In this document: positions 11,377-23,245 of the stretch, piece after piece
Position numbering within the stretch: position 1 is the first letter of the stretch
Layout of the letters: the number at the start of each line of letters is the position of its first letter
Source: Setoptus koraiensis
Lineage: Eukaryota; Animalia; Arthropoda
DNA: 64,000 bases
Direction: 5' to 3'
Assembly (NCBI GenBank): GCA_048013815.1
Contig: CM106585.1
Coordinates: 14,136,001-14,200,000 of the forward strand
Program-made: the position numbers and the translations under genes
The notes under the pieces: generated by a model
Told to the model about the DNA's origin: nothing
The model's database searches: none
Seen by the model: the letters and a program-made list of their open reading frames with translations, nothing else

Positions 11377-13491
11377 CTATTGATGCACCCATTTACCCCT
11401 TAGTTGTTTGTACTCTGGCATGCGACGGCTCTTTCGCTGTTGATGTCACTGTAAACTGTGTTTCCTAGCCTGTTGACTTTCCACTACCGACTTCGGGTCA
11501 GGCGCAAAAAGTGACCACAAACCTGATGCAACAAGTCGCTTTGTCTTGAACTAAAACGATGCGAGATTTGAGATTGTACCGTCATTTACTTGCGCTTTCT
11601 GGCGACGATTTTCGGTTGTTTACTTCATACTTCGTGCAACAGAAAACTGGTGAATTTTGGTGTTCAATCAAGGCTCATTAGGCGCAAATGATGATCACTG
11701 ATCAGTTCCACTGGACGCAGTCAACAATCACAATGTTTCGATCGCTCCAGATATTGATTACGTGACTACCCTTTAAATTGGATAGAGCCAATGAATAATT
11801 CATTTATATAGCCACTGTATACGTCAGCTAACGCTGCTGATTGTTGCATGCTGGCAGTCTTATAAGATCACTAGATCGCTTGAGCTCATGCGGTAACAAT
11901 CTCACTAATCTGTGGCCATTAATCTTAAGCCTAAACTCAAGCTAGAATATTGTTATTCCTATTTATAACAAAAAACATAGATATAATTATATCGATCAGT
12001 GTCTATTGCTGTAAACAACAATATTATTTAACATTTGATTTGTGGAAGCAGGGGGAAACGACAAATCAACAATTGTTGTGTTTTATGACATTAGCAAAAT
12101 CAAGCAAACAAATAGCTCGTTTGTTGATTCGGCAATCGCTAATTGCCCCCAGCGTGACAAAACAATTGTTGCTAGTCATGTTATGAGCACGAAGGGGGAA
12201 ATTTTCCAGTTGCTCGATTCATTCAATTCTGACACAAACTGTTCCTATCCGACTGATCCTCGCATGTGAGAGCCAGACTCGGCGCCCACGACGGGTCAAG
12301 GATTGCTATAGTTGGATAACCAGTTGTTTGCCGAAAATTTTAAGCCGAGTCCCAGATTTCAAATGGAAAAAAAGCGCTGGAGCACTGGAAAGTGAAAATT
12401 TTCGCTATGACATTTCATTCCTCATTGAGGGACGGATTATGAAACTGCGACATGCTGCAAACAGATTGTACCAAAAATGAACGTGATGTAACATGAATGA
12501 AGGGATTCTAGTTAAATCCTCCTGAGTTTGCCTGTGATCTGTTGACAAGCAGCGATTCACTGTATAGTTTAGCACAACATTTATGACCTATCGGAAAAAC
12601 TCCACAATAAATGAACAATCCAACCTCATGTTCAATTCAATTGCCTCAACTGATTATGTACCATTGATCTATCAATTACGGCCAACAGTTTGGCGAACTT
12701 CTAGAAATTACGCCATGCCATCACCAAGATAATAAATCCAATAAGGAATTGCATAACTATTGTTGACAATTGTTTTTTTTTTCATATATTTGCCCATTAT
12801 ATGGCATGCAGATCGTGGGCTACAAGTGTCGATCCAGCCATAAGCGATAAGCCATTAACAGGTAAGCCGATGTTTGCATTTCAACACGACGAGATCCTAA
12901 CTAGAGCGCTGAACAAGCTTACATAGTAATATTACGGATTGTTTGATACAAACTGAGTTGGCAATTCAATATGGACGGATATACTTTTTGGCAAACTGTA
13001 CACACGGAATGTTTCTCAGGTAAGCCTCAGCTGGTGGGCAGTGGGCCCAGGTGAGAATATTGAGCCGACGATGTTTGCTGACCGGCTCCGACTGCCAGCG
13101 CGAACAGTGGGTGTCAGCCAGTCAGGTGTGTAGATCGCTAAACTTGTGACAATATTCAACAGCAAGATGAAACAGCATCACAATTTACGTACAATTTTGT
13201 TTTTATACAGCACGCTATTGTCTAGAGATGCCGCGAGATACGTTTGCGTCTCGAGAATCTCAAGCTGATGAGCGAGCGCGAGCCCCATCAATTAATTACT
13301 GCAACAACAGATTGTTATTGTGATATTGTAACACAGCATCTTGATTGGAGCGGCAATGCTGCACGGATCATCGCAAAAAAATATATGGCTTTTTACAATC
13401 ATTAAACGATATCTGAATAACTGGTATTACAGGCAGTGGTGGCAGTTGTTGTTGCTGTAATCAATTTATTTGTTGCATGATCTAGCCTAGG

Positions 13492-14259
13492 ATGGCGCAA
13501 CAACAAGTCACAATGGTGAGACCATCAAAAAGAAAAGAATCGCCATTGGTGTCAGAGAGCAATGAGGAGACTGAGCAAATGGACTCAAATCGCCAGCCCA
13601 TATCATATAACAACAGCGGTGTTGCCCCAATGGAAACTAACGCCTCTGCCTCTCAGCAGCAGCAGCAGGCAACAGCGTCTACAAGTGGCGGTGACAATAC
13701 TATTAAAATTCTAAATATTAGAAAATTCTCAGGCGATGACACAGAGTTTGGTCAGCAATGGCTGAATGATATTGAGTCGGCTGCTCTGATTAGCGGTTGG
13801 CCAGAGTGGCGTCTATTGTGCAATTTCGAGTTGCATTTGCAGGGCGCAGCCCTCGAATGGTACGAAAATCGCATTAGTAGTAGCAGATTTAATATCATGT
13901 GGACCGAATTAAAGCGCAAGTTTTTAGTGAGATTCGAGCCATCTAAGCGCACCGGTTGGTCGAAATTCTTTCGCAGTATGTGGGATCCGTCAGTGGAAAC
14001 ATTGGAGGTGTTCTATGACAGAATGACATACATTGGCAGGATGAACAAATTCGACGAGGATCTCATTGTTTGGATAATGACTACCGCCTTGCCAGACAAT
14101 TATTTGGGCTGCTTCTTGGATTTAATCAAATGTGAATCATGTTCGGAGTGGTTCGACATGGTTAGTGAGGCAGTGAAACAGGAGAATAGGAGAATAATGC
14201 TGGCTAATCAGCACGACCAAATCGGTCAAATGCACAAGAGGCCGCGATACGACAACTGA
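13492..14259 (+). CDS. Stand-alone Ty3/gypsy Gag capsid-domain protein (Arc-like, candidate domesticated gag), 255 aa
   Basis: Retrotransposon-gag capsid motifs: KFSGDD...QQWLNDIE...GW...LHLQGAALEWY...WTELKRKFLVRF, plus an MHR-like segment WDPSVETLEVFYDRMTYIG. No CCHC knuckle, no downstream protease/RT/IN, no flanking direct repeats seen. AATAAA at 14349-14354. Candidate splice acceptor TTACAG at 13427-13432, upstream of the ATG. Confidence 0.82.
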   Translation: MAQQQVTMVRPSKRKESPLVSESNEETEQMDSNRQPISYNNSGVAPMETNASASQQQQQATASTSGGDNTIKILNIRKFSGDDTEFGQQWLNDIESAALISGWPEWRLLCNFELHLQGAALEWYENRISSSRFNIMWTELKRKFLVRFEPSKRTGWSKFFRSMWDPSVETLEVFYDRMTYIGRMNKFDEDLIVWIMTTALPDNYLGCFLDLIKCESCSEWFDMVSEAVKQENRRIMLANQHDQIGQMHKRPRYDN

Positions 14260-15739
14260 CACATTTGATGCCGTCATGTCACATTGAATCCATAGTAATA
14301 GCAATTGAACGATAATTGAGTGATTGATTGATGCTGATGACAAAACACAATAAATGATACATGTAATACTATCTCGTTGCACTGACTGTCATTTCGTGCC
14401 ATGTCCATAGCTCCTTATGTCAATTTTATCAGATGAAACTGATCGTCTTAGTTGCTGCCGCAACAATCCAAGCTGTGAGCCACACCATGCTGGGGCCCCT
14501 GCATGCCAAGAAGCAAACCGTTGATGTTGAGCGATCAAAACGATTCGATTAGCAGCCAGAGTGAAAGATTGTCACGAAACTGTTCATCGAGCTGTCTGTT
14601 GTGGCTCTATCATGGGGCATTCGTATTCAATGAATGAAGATACCGCAAGCCTCACTCGTCTCCTGGATAATATAACATAACAAACGGATAATTCGCATAT
14701 CCGTGCACTAGCTTACACCTCGGTATAGACATTGCGTGTTCGTGCACAAAAAAAGAAGCAAACGTATATATATCACACACGTCTCATATATCACATGGCG
14801 GATAAGAGGATATGCTCATTGCACAGGCGCCGAACAAACATACTAGCGTTCGCGACCTTACTTTTATCTCCCATTTTATTTAGACTCTCTGCTTGCACTG
14901 CTGAGAGCCCCAGTGCGCCCTCGAGTGTGTGTCCTCTCCGCCTGTCTCGCTAGCATGGGTAGGGGGTCTGAATGGAGGAACAATGGAACGGATAAGGAAA
15001 GCCTCTGTGGCTGCTGTGTGCATGAATTAAAGTGAAGAACCTCCACCACTATTTGAGTAGCTTGAGGAAGGAAGGATAATCGCGATAGATTAACCTCTGC
15101 TATCATCATTCCAAACACTCGCTCGTCAAGTACACGCTCTCGAAGCCAATTCGCAGCAATCAGAAGTGACCTTGCCCACTGTGATTGGTGGTTAGTTCAA
15201 CGAATCAGTTACAATATCAAATATACCACGAGCAACTGAGGACCATGTGAGACACAATGCACACCATCCAAGTCCGTGGAGTATAACCAAATATTATATG
15301 ATAATAACAATGTTGCCTCGAGTAAATTCTACGTCGACCAATCGCGGTCAATCAGAAGCATGGAAAATAATTGGTTCATAGTGAACGTTTCAATAGAGGA
15401 TATTCTTTGTTGAGTGACCTGCAAACTGAAGATGAGATCCTAGAGGCTTCTATTGCCAATGCAAATGCAAACAATCATATGAGCGGTGTCAACATCACCA
15501 AAGGGGCATTTTTTATATCTATTATCGCATCAATATTGTCTAAGAGATGTATACTGGTTAACATACTTACGTTGCATAGTGTCAACAAAGGTGGTGCTTT
15601 GTTTGTCAGTAGCACCAAATTTGATCAGGCCTCGCCACTGGCTCGCCTTTGCCGATCGAGCTATCAATTCAAGTATACATACATTATCAGCTATAACCTT
15701 TGCTAATATATACCTATTATTGAAAATTAATTTATCAGA

Positions 15740-18210
15740 ATGGCAATCAGACCCCTAGTTACCTTACCAAATGTCCATCTGGGCACATATATACAGGGAT
15801 GCCCCAAGTCAGACGCTAGATGCATTACATCGAGAAGAATGGCATCCAGCTTGTCTTGCTTGCCATTCAGGGCTGACCACAATCACTATACAATTGGAAA
15901 CAACAGAATTCGAAGCACCACTCGCACCTTACACAATAATTACCATTATATCACATTGAATATCAACAATCACAGTTACATATCAGCCGCTCATTTGGGA
16001 ACAGTGAGGCCCGAAATGAGGAAGCTGGCTGCATATTCACAGACGAGAGCTTGTTTTACTAACAGTGGCCGTCAGAATCCTCTAGTCAGATCAGTAGCTA
16101 TCCAATGTGATAATTGTGGCAACGGTGTTGTCGGTCGTCGTGGCTATGCCACAAAACATGATAAATACCTGAGCAGTAATGACTCATCAACCGGCGGAGA
16201 CCAGCAACAGAAAAGGGGTTCGCCAACATTCAAGGACAGCATATTCTTCAAGCGAAACAAACAACAAGATTCAGCGGCAACAACGAGTAACAATGGTCGC
16301 CAGAATGAGATCTCCGTGTCAGTTGATACAGACATTCCCGCTGCCAGCGCCGACGACGACAACTCATCGGGTTCGAATCAACAACAGCAGCAAGATAAAA
16401 CAAGAAACAGGAACAACAGCACTTTTGTTCATCGCAACGATCAGATAACACGTCAAAATAGCGGCCAAATTAGACAATCACAGTCGGATCAGACAGCCAC
16501 TGATGCTGACCAATTGACAGAAACAGCGGAGGATCTCATTTTTGACATGTTCAACAACGGTAACGATGGTATCAAGATAAAGGAGTTTCTATCGTCATTA
16601 TCGACTGCTGGCTTACATTACGACACCGATCCTAGATTGAATGAATTCAAGAAGAACCTCAAGGCGCTGAGACGAGACGAGGGCCCCATGAGCAAGAAAG
16701 ACTTCAAGGCGGCCATAAAGCCAAATATAGTGCTGATTAGTCGAGCGATGCGAGGCGATTTTGTTATACCCGATTGGACACGTTTTACCAAAACATTGGA
16801 GGAATTCTATTGGCGATGTCGCATTAATAAGAATGGTAAAGTTGCCAATTATATACCACAACTGGCCAAATACAATCCTGACTATTGGGGCGTGAGCATA
16901 TGCTCAATTGACGGTCAGCGTTATCACGTTGGCGATGTTGACGTTCCGTTCACTATACAGTCTAGTGGAAAACCGATAAATTATGCCATTGCCTTGAATG
17001 AGCTTGGCTCAACCATAACACACAAATACGTCGGACAAGAGCCATCGGGAAGATTATTCAATGATCTGTCGTTGAAGATATTCGACGAAAGCGGCCACCC
17101 GAAGCCACATAATCCAATGGTTAATTCGGGCGCGATAGTCACATGCTCGCTCCTGATGAAGCTCATTAAGCCGGACATGAGAAGCTCAGAGAAGTTCGAT
17201 TGGGTTTGCGATTTCTATAAATCCATGGCCGGTGGTGAGTATATTGGCTTCAACAATGCAACATTCCTATCCGAACGGGAGGCGGCCGACAGAAATTATG
17301 CCATTGGATTTTACATGCGCGAAAACAAATGCTTTCCCGATGACACAAACCTACAACAAGTAATGGATTTCTATTTTCAGGTGAGTCGCATGCAAGACTT
17401 TATTCGACAATTAAATACATATGTTGTGACAATTGTATCAACTGACAATTGAACTCTTGAATTCTTTACATCACCTCACTTCAACGCCTTCATCAATAGC
17501 TGTGCTCGCTTGAGGTCAATTGCAAAACAGTTAGCATGATAGCGGCCACATTAGCCAATGGTGGTATATGTCCAGTAACAGAAAAGAAGGTCATAGATAG
17601 CAGGGCAGTAAGAAATGTATTAAGCCTAATGCATAGCTGCGGGATGTATGATTACTCTGGCCAGTTCGCCTTCTATGTAGGACTTCCGGCCAAATCAGGT
17701 GTTTCCGGATGCACGCTTGTCGTAATACCAAATGTAGGTGGTTTGGGACTGTTCTCGCCGCCTTTAGATACATACGGCAATAGTGTCAGGAGTCTGCAAT
17801 TTTGTCATGAGCTAGTGGATCAGTTCAATTTTCATCAGTACGACAATTTGCGCCATGTTCCACATAAAAGCGATCCTAGAAGAAAGAAATACGAGACACT
17901 TGGATTGAACATTATTTGTTTGTTATTCGCTGCGGCCAAGGGTGACATGTCCGCCATAAGGCGCTACTATATGTCAGGAATGGATATGTCATTGTGCGAC
18001 TACGATCATAGGACAGCTTTGCATGCCGCTGCTGCCGAAGGCAATCTAGATATTGTTGAATTTCTATTGCAGGTAGCAAATGTGAATCATGAACCAAAAG
18101 ATCGATGGGGTCGACGTCCCATAGACGATGCATCCTATTGTGGTCACCTAAATGTTGTTGATTTCCTTAAAGCTTGGCCTCAAATAAAAGACCAAGGTGC
18201 TAGTCGTTGA
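15740..18210 (+). CDS. GLS: Glutaminase (kidney-type, with C-terminal ankyrin repeats), about 783 aa
   Basis: Exons 15740-17380 and 17500-18210; intron 17381-17499 (GTGAGT..AATAG, 119 nt) joins FYFQ|LCSLEV. Motifs GKVANYIPQL, FTIQSSGKP (catalytic S-x-x-K), PHNPMVNSGAI, SCGMYDYSGQF, PAKSGVSG, and ankyrin DYDHRTALHAAAAEG. Confidence 0.97.
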
Positions 18211-18898
18211 TGTTACATCTCCGTTTCCTATATTGTTAGTTAGACTAATGGAGATCAGGCTAACCATTGTTTTGTTGTTGTTGTATCATTGTAGCATCAT
18301 GTTTATCTCCAATGTGGGGAAAAGAACTAAAAATTTAAACACAAATACTTGTAATGTTATGTTGATCAATTATCTTAGTTTATTATTATACGATTATCCT
18401 ATCGACGAATAATTTTATAGAACAAATGTCTTATATTTAATGTCTATTCATTTGTATATAAAAATATAAATGAAACAATCATACATCATAACATCAAAAA
18501 CTCTTCCACTCCTGTGGATGCTATCACTGTGAATTCGAACTACAATTGAATGCTAGTATAATTATTATTGACTTCTTGCCTGCATCGATCGTTTGTGATA
18601 CAGTTCATGGAGAATTCATTTGTATTTGTTAGGAGAATCACACAACTAATCACAGCATACGATATATGATTTTGATGTCGTTGAAGCTTGAATCAAATGA
18701 AGAGTTTTCCGAATTAACAGATGAAGTCGACACTTTTGAATGGGAATCTGCATTTTTTTTTCTAGAAATAATTCAGTCATCGATGATGAACCAATATTCA
18801 TCGTATCAGATACACATAGACAATCTTTATCAATACGGAATACGCAGTTGTCTAGAGTAGTTTATTGAGCGTCATCAATTTATGCAAGTGAGCTACGA

Positions 18899-21566
18899 TT
18901 AATGTAAAAGATCATTCCATTGTTGTGGATTGGCCATTGGTTGTGACATTGGTGGTTGCTGTTGTTGTTGTTGTTGCTGGTGTTGTTGCTGTTGTTGTTG
19001 TTGAAGCTGCTGCTGTTGAAGCTGCTGTTGTTGTTGTTGCATTTGAATCTGTTGGGGTAGTCTACCTGCCGCTCGAACATGTCGCACTTGAGTGGCCATA
19101 GTCTGAGCTTGGGGCACCGATCTAAGCAACACAGGTTGCGTAGGTTGCTGGAGAATGTTCCTAAGAGCCTGAGCATTATTGTTTACGTTGACTTGCTGTT
19201 GCATGGTCATCCTTTGTTGATTTAGCTGACGCTGCTGATGTAATTGAGCCGGACTACTGTTGATAGTGTTAACAGTGGTCTGGTTCAACTGAGTTCTAAT
19301 AATTTGTGGACCAATCTGCTGTTGGTGATGAACTTGCTGTTGTGGCTGCTGTTGCTGCTGATTGTGAACTTGCTGCTCTGAACCATGCTGGGGAATATTA
19401 CAGTCTTGCTGAAATTCATTCTGCTTTTGGATCGCCTCTTGCAGTTGGTTTTGTAGTGTCTCAATCAAAAGTGAATTTTGTTGCCTTTGCTGCAGGGTTT
19501 GAGGTTGGCCCCCTTGATTACCAATGGTAGTATTATTAACCATGTTGTTGGATGTTATAGGCATCTGTTGAGAAGTCACCATGCCTGAAACTTGTTGTTG
19601 CATCATCGAACCGGGTATAGTTTGTTGGACATTCAAATTAGCGGCGTTGGTCACGATAATTTGAGGATGTCCAACCTGCTGATTTACACCTTGCACGTTC
19701 TGCAACAACTTTGACTGAGGGTGCTGCTGCTGATTACCAACTATTATCTGACCACCTTGAGTTGTTTGTACTACTTGATTCTGATTAGTAGAGTTCCCTA
19801 CACTTGAAGTGACTACATTGACCGATTGCATATTTATATTGGGCATAAAAGCTTTTGGTTGTTGCGGTGAATTCGCCACGGGCCCCAATGCCGTGTTGAG
19901 TAAAGGATTTTTCACCTGGGCCGGAGCTGATTGATTCACTTGCATGGACTGCATAGGCGACGTACTTATATTTCCAGCTAAATTTCCCTGGGCCAACTTA
20001 GTATTGTTGCCAGTGTTCGGCATTGATCCAGACCACACTCGGAATGCTCCTCTATTTTGCGGTGGAACTGATGGATTAGTAACTTGCTGTTGCGTCGGCT
20101 GCATTTGCTGATGGCCTTGGTTTTGACTATTAATAACAGAGACATTAGTAGATTGCACAATAATAGGAACTTGCTGTTGATGAAGCATACTTTGCTGGTG
20201 CTGCTGTTGCTGTTGTGGCTGCATTGGATTTCGGGGAATTTGCACTTGATGCCTCACAATGTTCTGGGGATGTTGGCCTTGTATCTGGTGACCCATGGTC
20301 ATGGTATTAGTAGAGTGCATCGACTGTTGTGTCACCTGATTTGACTGTGGCGAGGGCGCTTGTTTGTTTTGAACTACAGTTTGAATTGGAGACGGAACTA
20401 ACTGAGGTCCTGTCATGGTGTTCGCCGAAGATACCGGGTGGCTAGAGATCGGCATAGTTGACCTGATATTTTGCTGCATCTGTTGTTGTTGTTGCTGTTG
20501 TTGTTGTTGCTGTTGTTGTTGCTGCTGCTGCTGTAGCTGTTGTTGTTGCTGTGACAGTGGCTGTTGCTGAATTATTATTGGCCTAACAGAGTTGTTCTGG
20601 TTGTCATTCGGACCAGTTTGTCTCTGAACAGGTTGCTGCATGATGACAGTTTGGTATTGTTGTTGAGGCGAACTATTTTGTTGCTGGGCTTGATGTCTGG
20701 GTTGCTGAAGAGTCGATTGATTAGTGATACTCGTTTGCTGTGGAGTATTAGACTGCTGTCTATGATGCATCATAGGGCCATTCGGTGGAAGTTCTAGATG
20801 TTGCGACAAACTCTGTTGTTGGTTGCTTCTTGGACCTGTAGCTAGCTGATTGACTAATATCGGATTGGAGGTAATCTGTTGTGGAACAGATGTTACTGTA
20901 AAAGGGGAAGATGGCGACTGGTTGGAATTGGTGACGGTATTATTGTTTGTCCATGTGCCACGAGTAGAATTGTCATTGATAGAATTCTTTGTCTGTTGTT
21001 GCTGTTGTTGTTGTGACATTGGCTGTTGTTGCTGCTGCTGGTTGGGTGTAACTTGGCTCCTTTTGATGTTAGGTTGATTGCTCATCTGTTGAGGTGAGTT
21101 AATCATCTGCTGAGATAGAGGCGATTGAATGGAGTGCTGCTGAGACAGCGGCGATTGAATGGAGTGCTGCTGAGACAACGGCGATTGGATAGAATGCTGC
21201 TGAGGCGATGGTTGAGAATGAATCACAGGTGCTGGGGATGCGTGGGAAGCATGTCCCACTGATGAAGGTGAAGGATGCTGAGGTGAATTAGCAGGCGATA
21301 AGGGTCGCTTTTGACCCTTATTAGAGTGCATCGACTGTTGTGTCACCTGATTTGACTGTGGCGAGGGCGCTTGTTTGTTTTGAACTACAGTTTGAATTGG
21401 AGACGGAACTAACTGAGGTCCTGTCATGGTGTTCGCCGAAGATACCGGGTGGCTAGAGATCGGCATAGTTGACCTGATATTTTGCTGCATCTGTTGTTGT
21501 TGTTGCTGTTGTTGTTGTTGCTGTTGTTGTTGCTGCTGCTGTTGCTGCTGCTGCTGTTGTTGCTGT

Positions 21567-21598
<32 letters not shown>

Positions 21599-21617
21599 TT
21601 GTTGCTGCGCTTGTTGC

Positions 21618-21661
<44 letters not shown>

Positions 21662-23245
21662 CTGTTGTGTCATTGGTTGTTGTTGTTGTGACATCGGTTG
21701 TTGCTGCTGCTGTTGTTGCTGCTGTGTCAAATGTGCATGCTGATTTTGCAATGCCTGAGACTGATTTGCGCCTACGTTTAAAGTTTGTGATCTCTGAACG
21801 GGACCCTGCAAAACCAGCTGTTGGGGAGAAGGCTGCATACTGGAATTGTTGTTTGCCTTCTGCAAATTCTTGGAGGCTACTGAATTGGAACTTGAGTTAT
21901 TGCTACCAACGCTGCCGTTATTACTTAACAGAGCGTTAAGATTGGCATTTTGCTGCTGCGTTTGCGATGGTGCGTGCTGTTGCTGCTGCGTCAAAGATGC
22001 CTTACCATCTAGGTATTGGCGTTTATTATTATCATTGATTGCATTTATTGAGGGTGGCGATGTTTTGATGTTAGCGTTTGCTGTGGTGCTATTGCTAGAG
22101 TTAACATTGATGATAGTTTTATTGTTGTTGTTGATACCATTATCAGAACTATTATTTGTATTGTTCTGAGTTTGTGTGACAGATAGAGTAGGCGAATTTA
22201 GCAGATTGGCTGATTTCACAGATGGTGGACCAGTATTAATAGAGGACGATGCAGTGGGATTCTCTTGTAGTTGATAATCTCTGAGTAAGACTAAATGTCT
22301 GGGATCACGGGCATATAATTTGCTTAAGGCAGAATGCAAGTCACCACCGGCCTTCTCAAACAACTTGAATAAAAAGGACATCTTCCGTGGCGTTATAATC
22401 GATAAAGAGATCTGGCGTTCGCACATACAGCCAACAATGCAATCTAAGTCCAGTCCAAAGTACGACGGACTCTCTATGCATGGAGTTTGATAGGGCGGTG
22501 AGTTACATATCAATATACAATGCTTACTTCTCTTGGCTGGTTGCTTTTGTTGTTGTTGTTGCAGTACTGGTTGTGGTGATAACTTACAATTAGCGATAGT
22601 GTTGTTAGCATTATTACTGTTAGAAGTATTATCAGTTTTAGCGCTATTATCTTCGTTAGTATCAATTTGATCATGATTATTAGTCAAATGATCATCTTTC
22701 TTGGTGGTGATGTTATTATTACTACTACTCTTGTTATTATTTGCGTTATTAGTGCTGGTGGTGGTGTTAGAGGTCTTATTGGTGTTGTTGTTTTCGCTAT
22801 TGCTAGTTTTGCTGTTGTTGGTTACCAATAATGAAGAAGATTGCGATAGTTCATGTAGTGCTTGGAAGTCATCGAATATTTGCAAGGCCGATGCCATTCC
22901 TTCTGTGACATGGCTTAAATTTTCAGCTCCGCCACCAACAAATTGTAATGTCTCAATCCATAACAATAGTTTATGCGCACTAGATGTGGGCCCAATACAG
23001 ATGGAAGCCGGTTCTGGTGCAGAATTAATAGTGTAATAGGCAACAAGAGCAAATAAAGAATTACCACAGTTGGCAGCATTTCCATAAGTTCGGTCCTCCA
23101 GAGGATAGCCGCAAAAATGTTCTAGAGTGGGTATAATATAATTAGTTTTAATACTCTCTATGTAGGCACCCAAATTGGCTGTCGCCTCCAGAATGAAAAC
23201 AACATCAGCCGCCTGACTAGAGGGGGGCGATGAGTTACAATCCAT
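18899..23245 (-). CDS. MED25: Mediator subunit 25-like, 1448 aa, intronless, Q/N-rich
   Basis: N-terminal MED25 VWA domain: DVVFILEATANLGAYIESIKTNYIIPTLEHF, LQFVGGGAENLSHVTEGMASALQIFDDF, KHCILICNSPPY, ISLSIITPRKMSFLFKLFEKAGGD, DPRHLVLLRDYQL. The remainder is low-complexity; the C-terminus ends in an LL-type motif (WNDLLH). Confidence 0.9.
20311..20530. repeat. 220-bp intragenic direct repeat, copy A (copy B at 21322-21541)
   Basis: No mismatch found by eye between the copies; offset 1011 bp; encodes a Q-run followed by MQQNIRSTMPISS...TQQSMHS twice. Confidence 0.92.
21111..21200. repeat. 30-bp coding tandem repeat x3 (QQHSIQSPLS)
   Basis: Units at 21111, 21141 and 21171, within MED25. Confidence 0.9.
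21322..21541. repeat. 220-bp intragenic direct repeat, copy B
   Basis: Matches 20311-20530. Confidence 0.92.
21491..21667 (-). repeat. Mixed CAA/CAG polyglutamine tract (59 codons, one Ala interruption)
   Basis: Read directly, within the MED25 ORF. Confidence 0.92.

Noticed and set aside
12280-12298. CGGCGCCCACGACGGG resembling a tRNA-Lys primer-binding site upstream of gag
   Set aside because: It lacks the required TGG start, is not preceded by a recognisable LTR end (CA), and lies 1.2 kb from the ORF; chance similarity is likely.
21426-22169. Poly-Cys, poly-Leu and poly-Val ORFs on the plus strand
   Set aside because: Antisense frames of the MED25 polyQ/polyN tracts.
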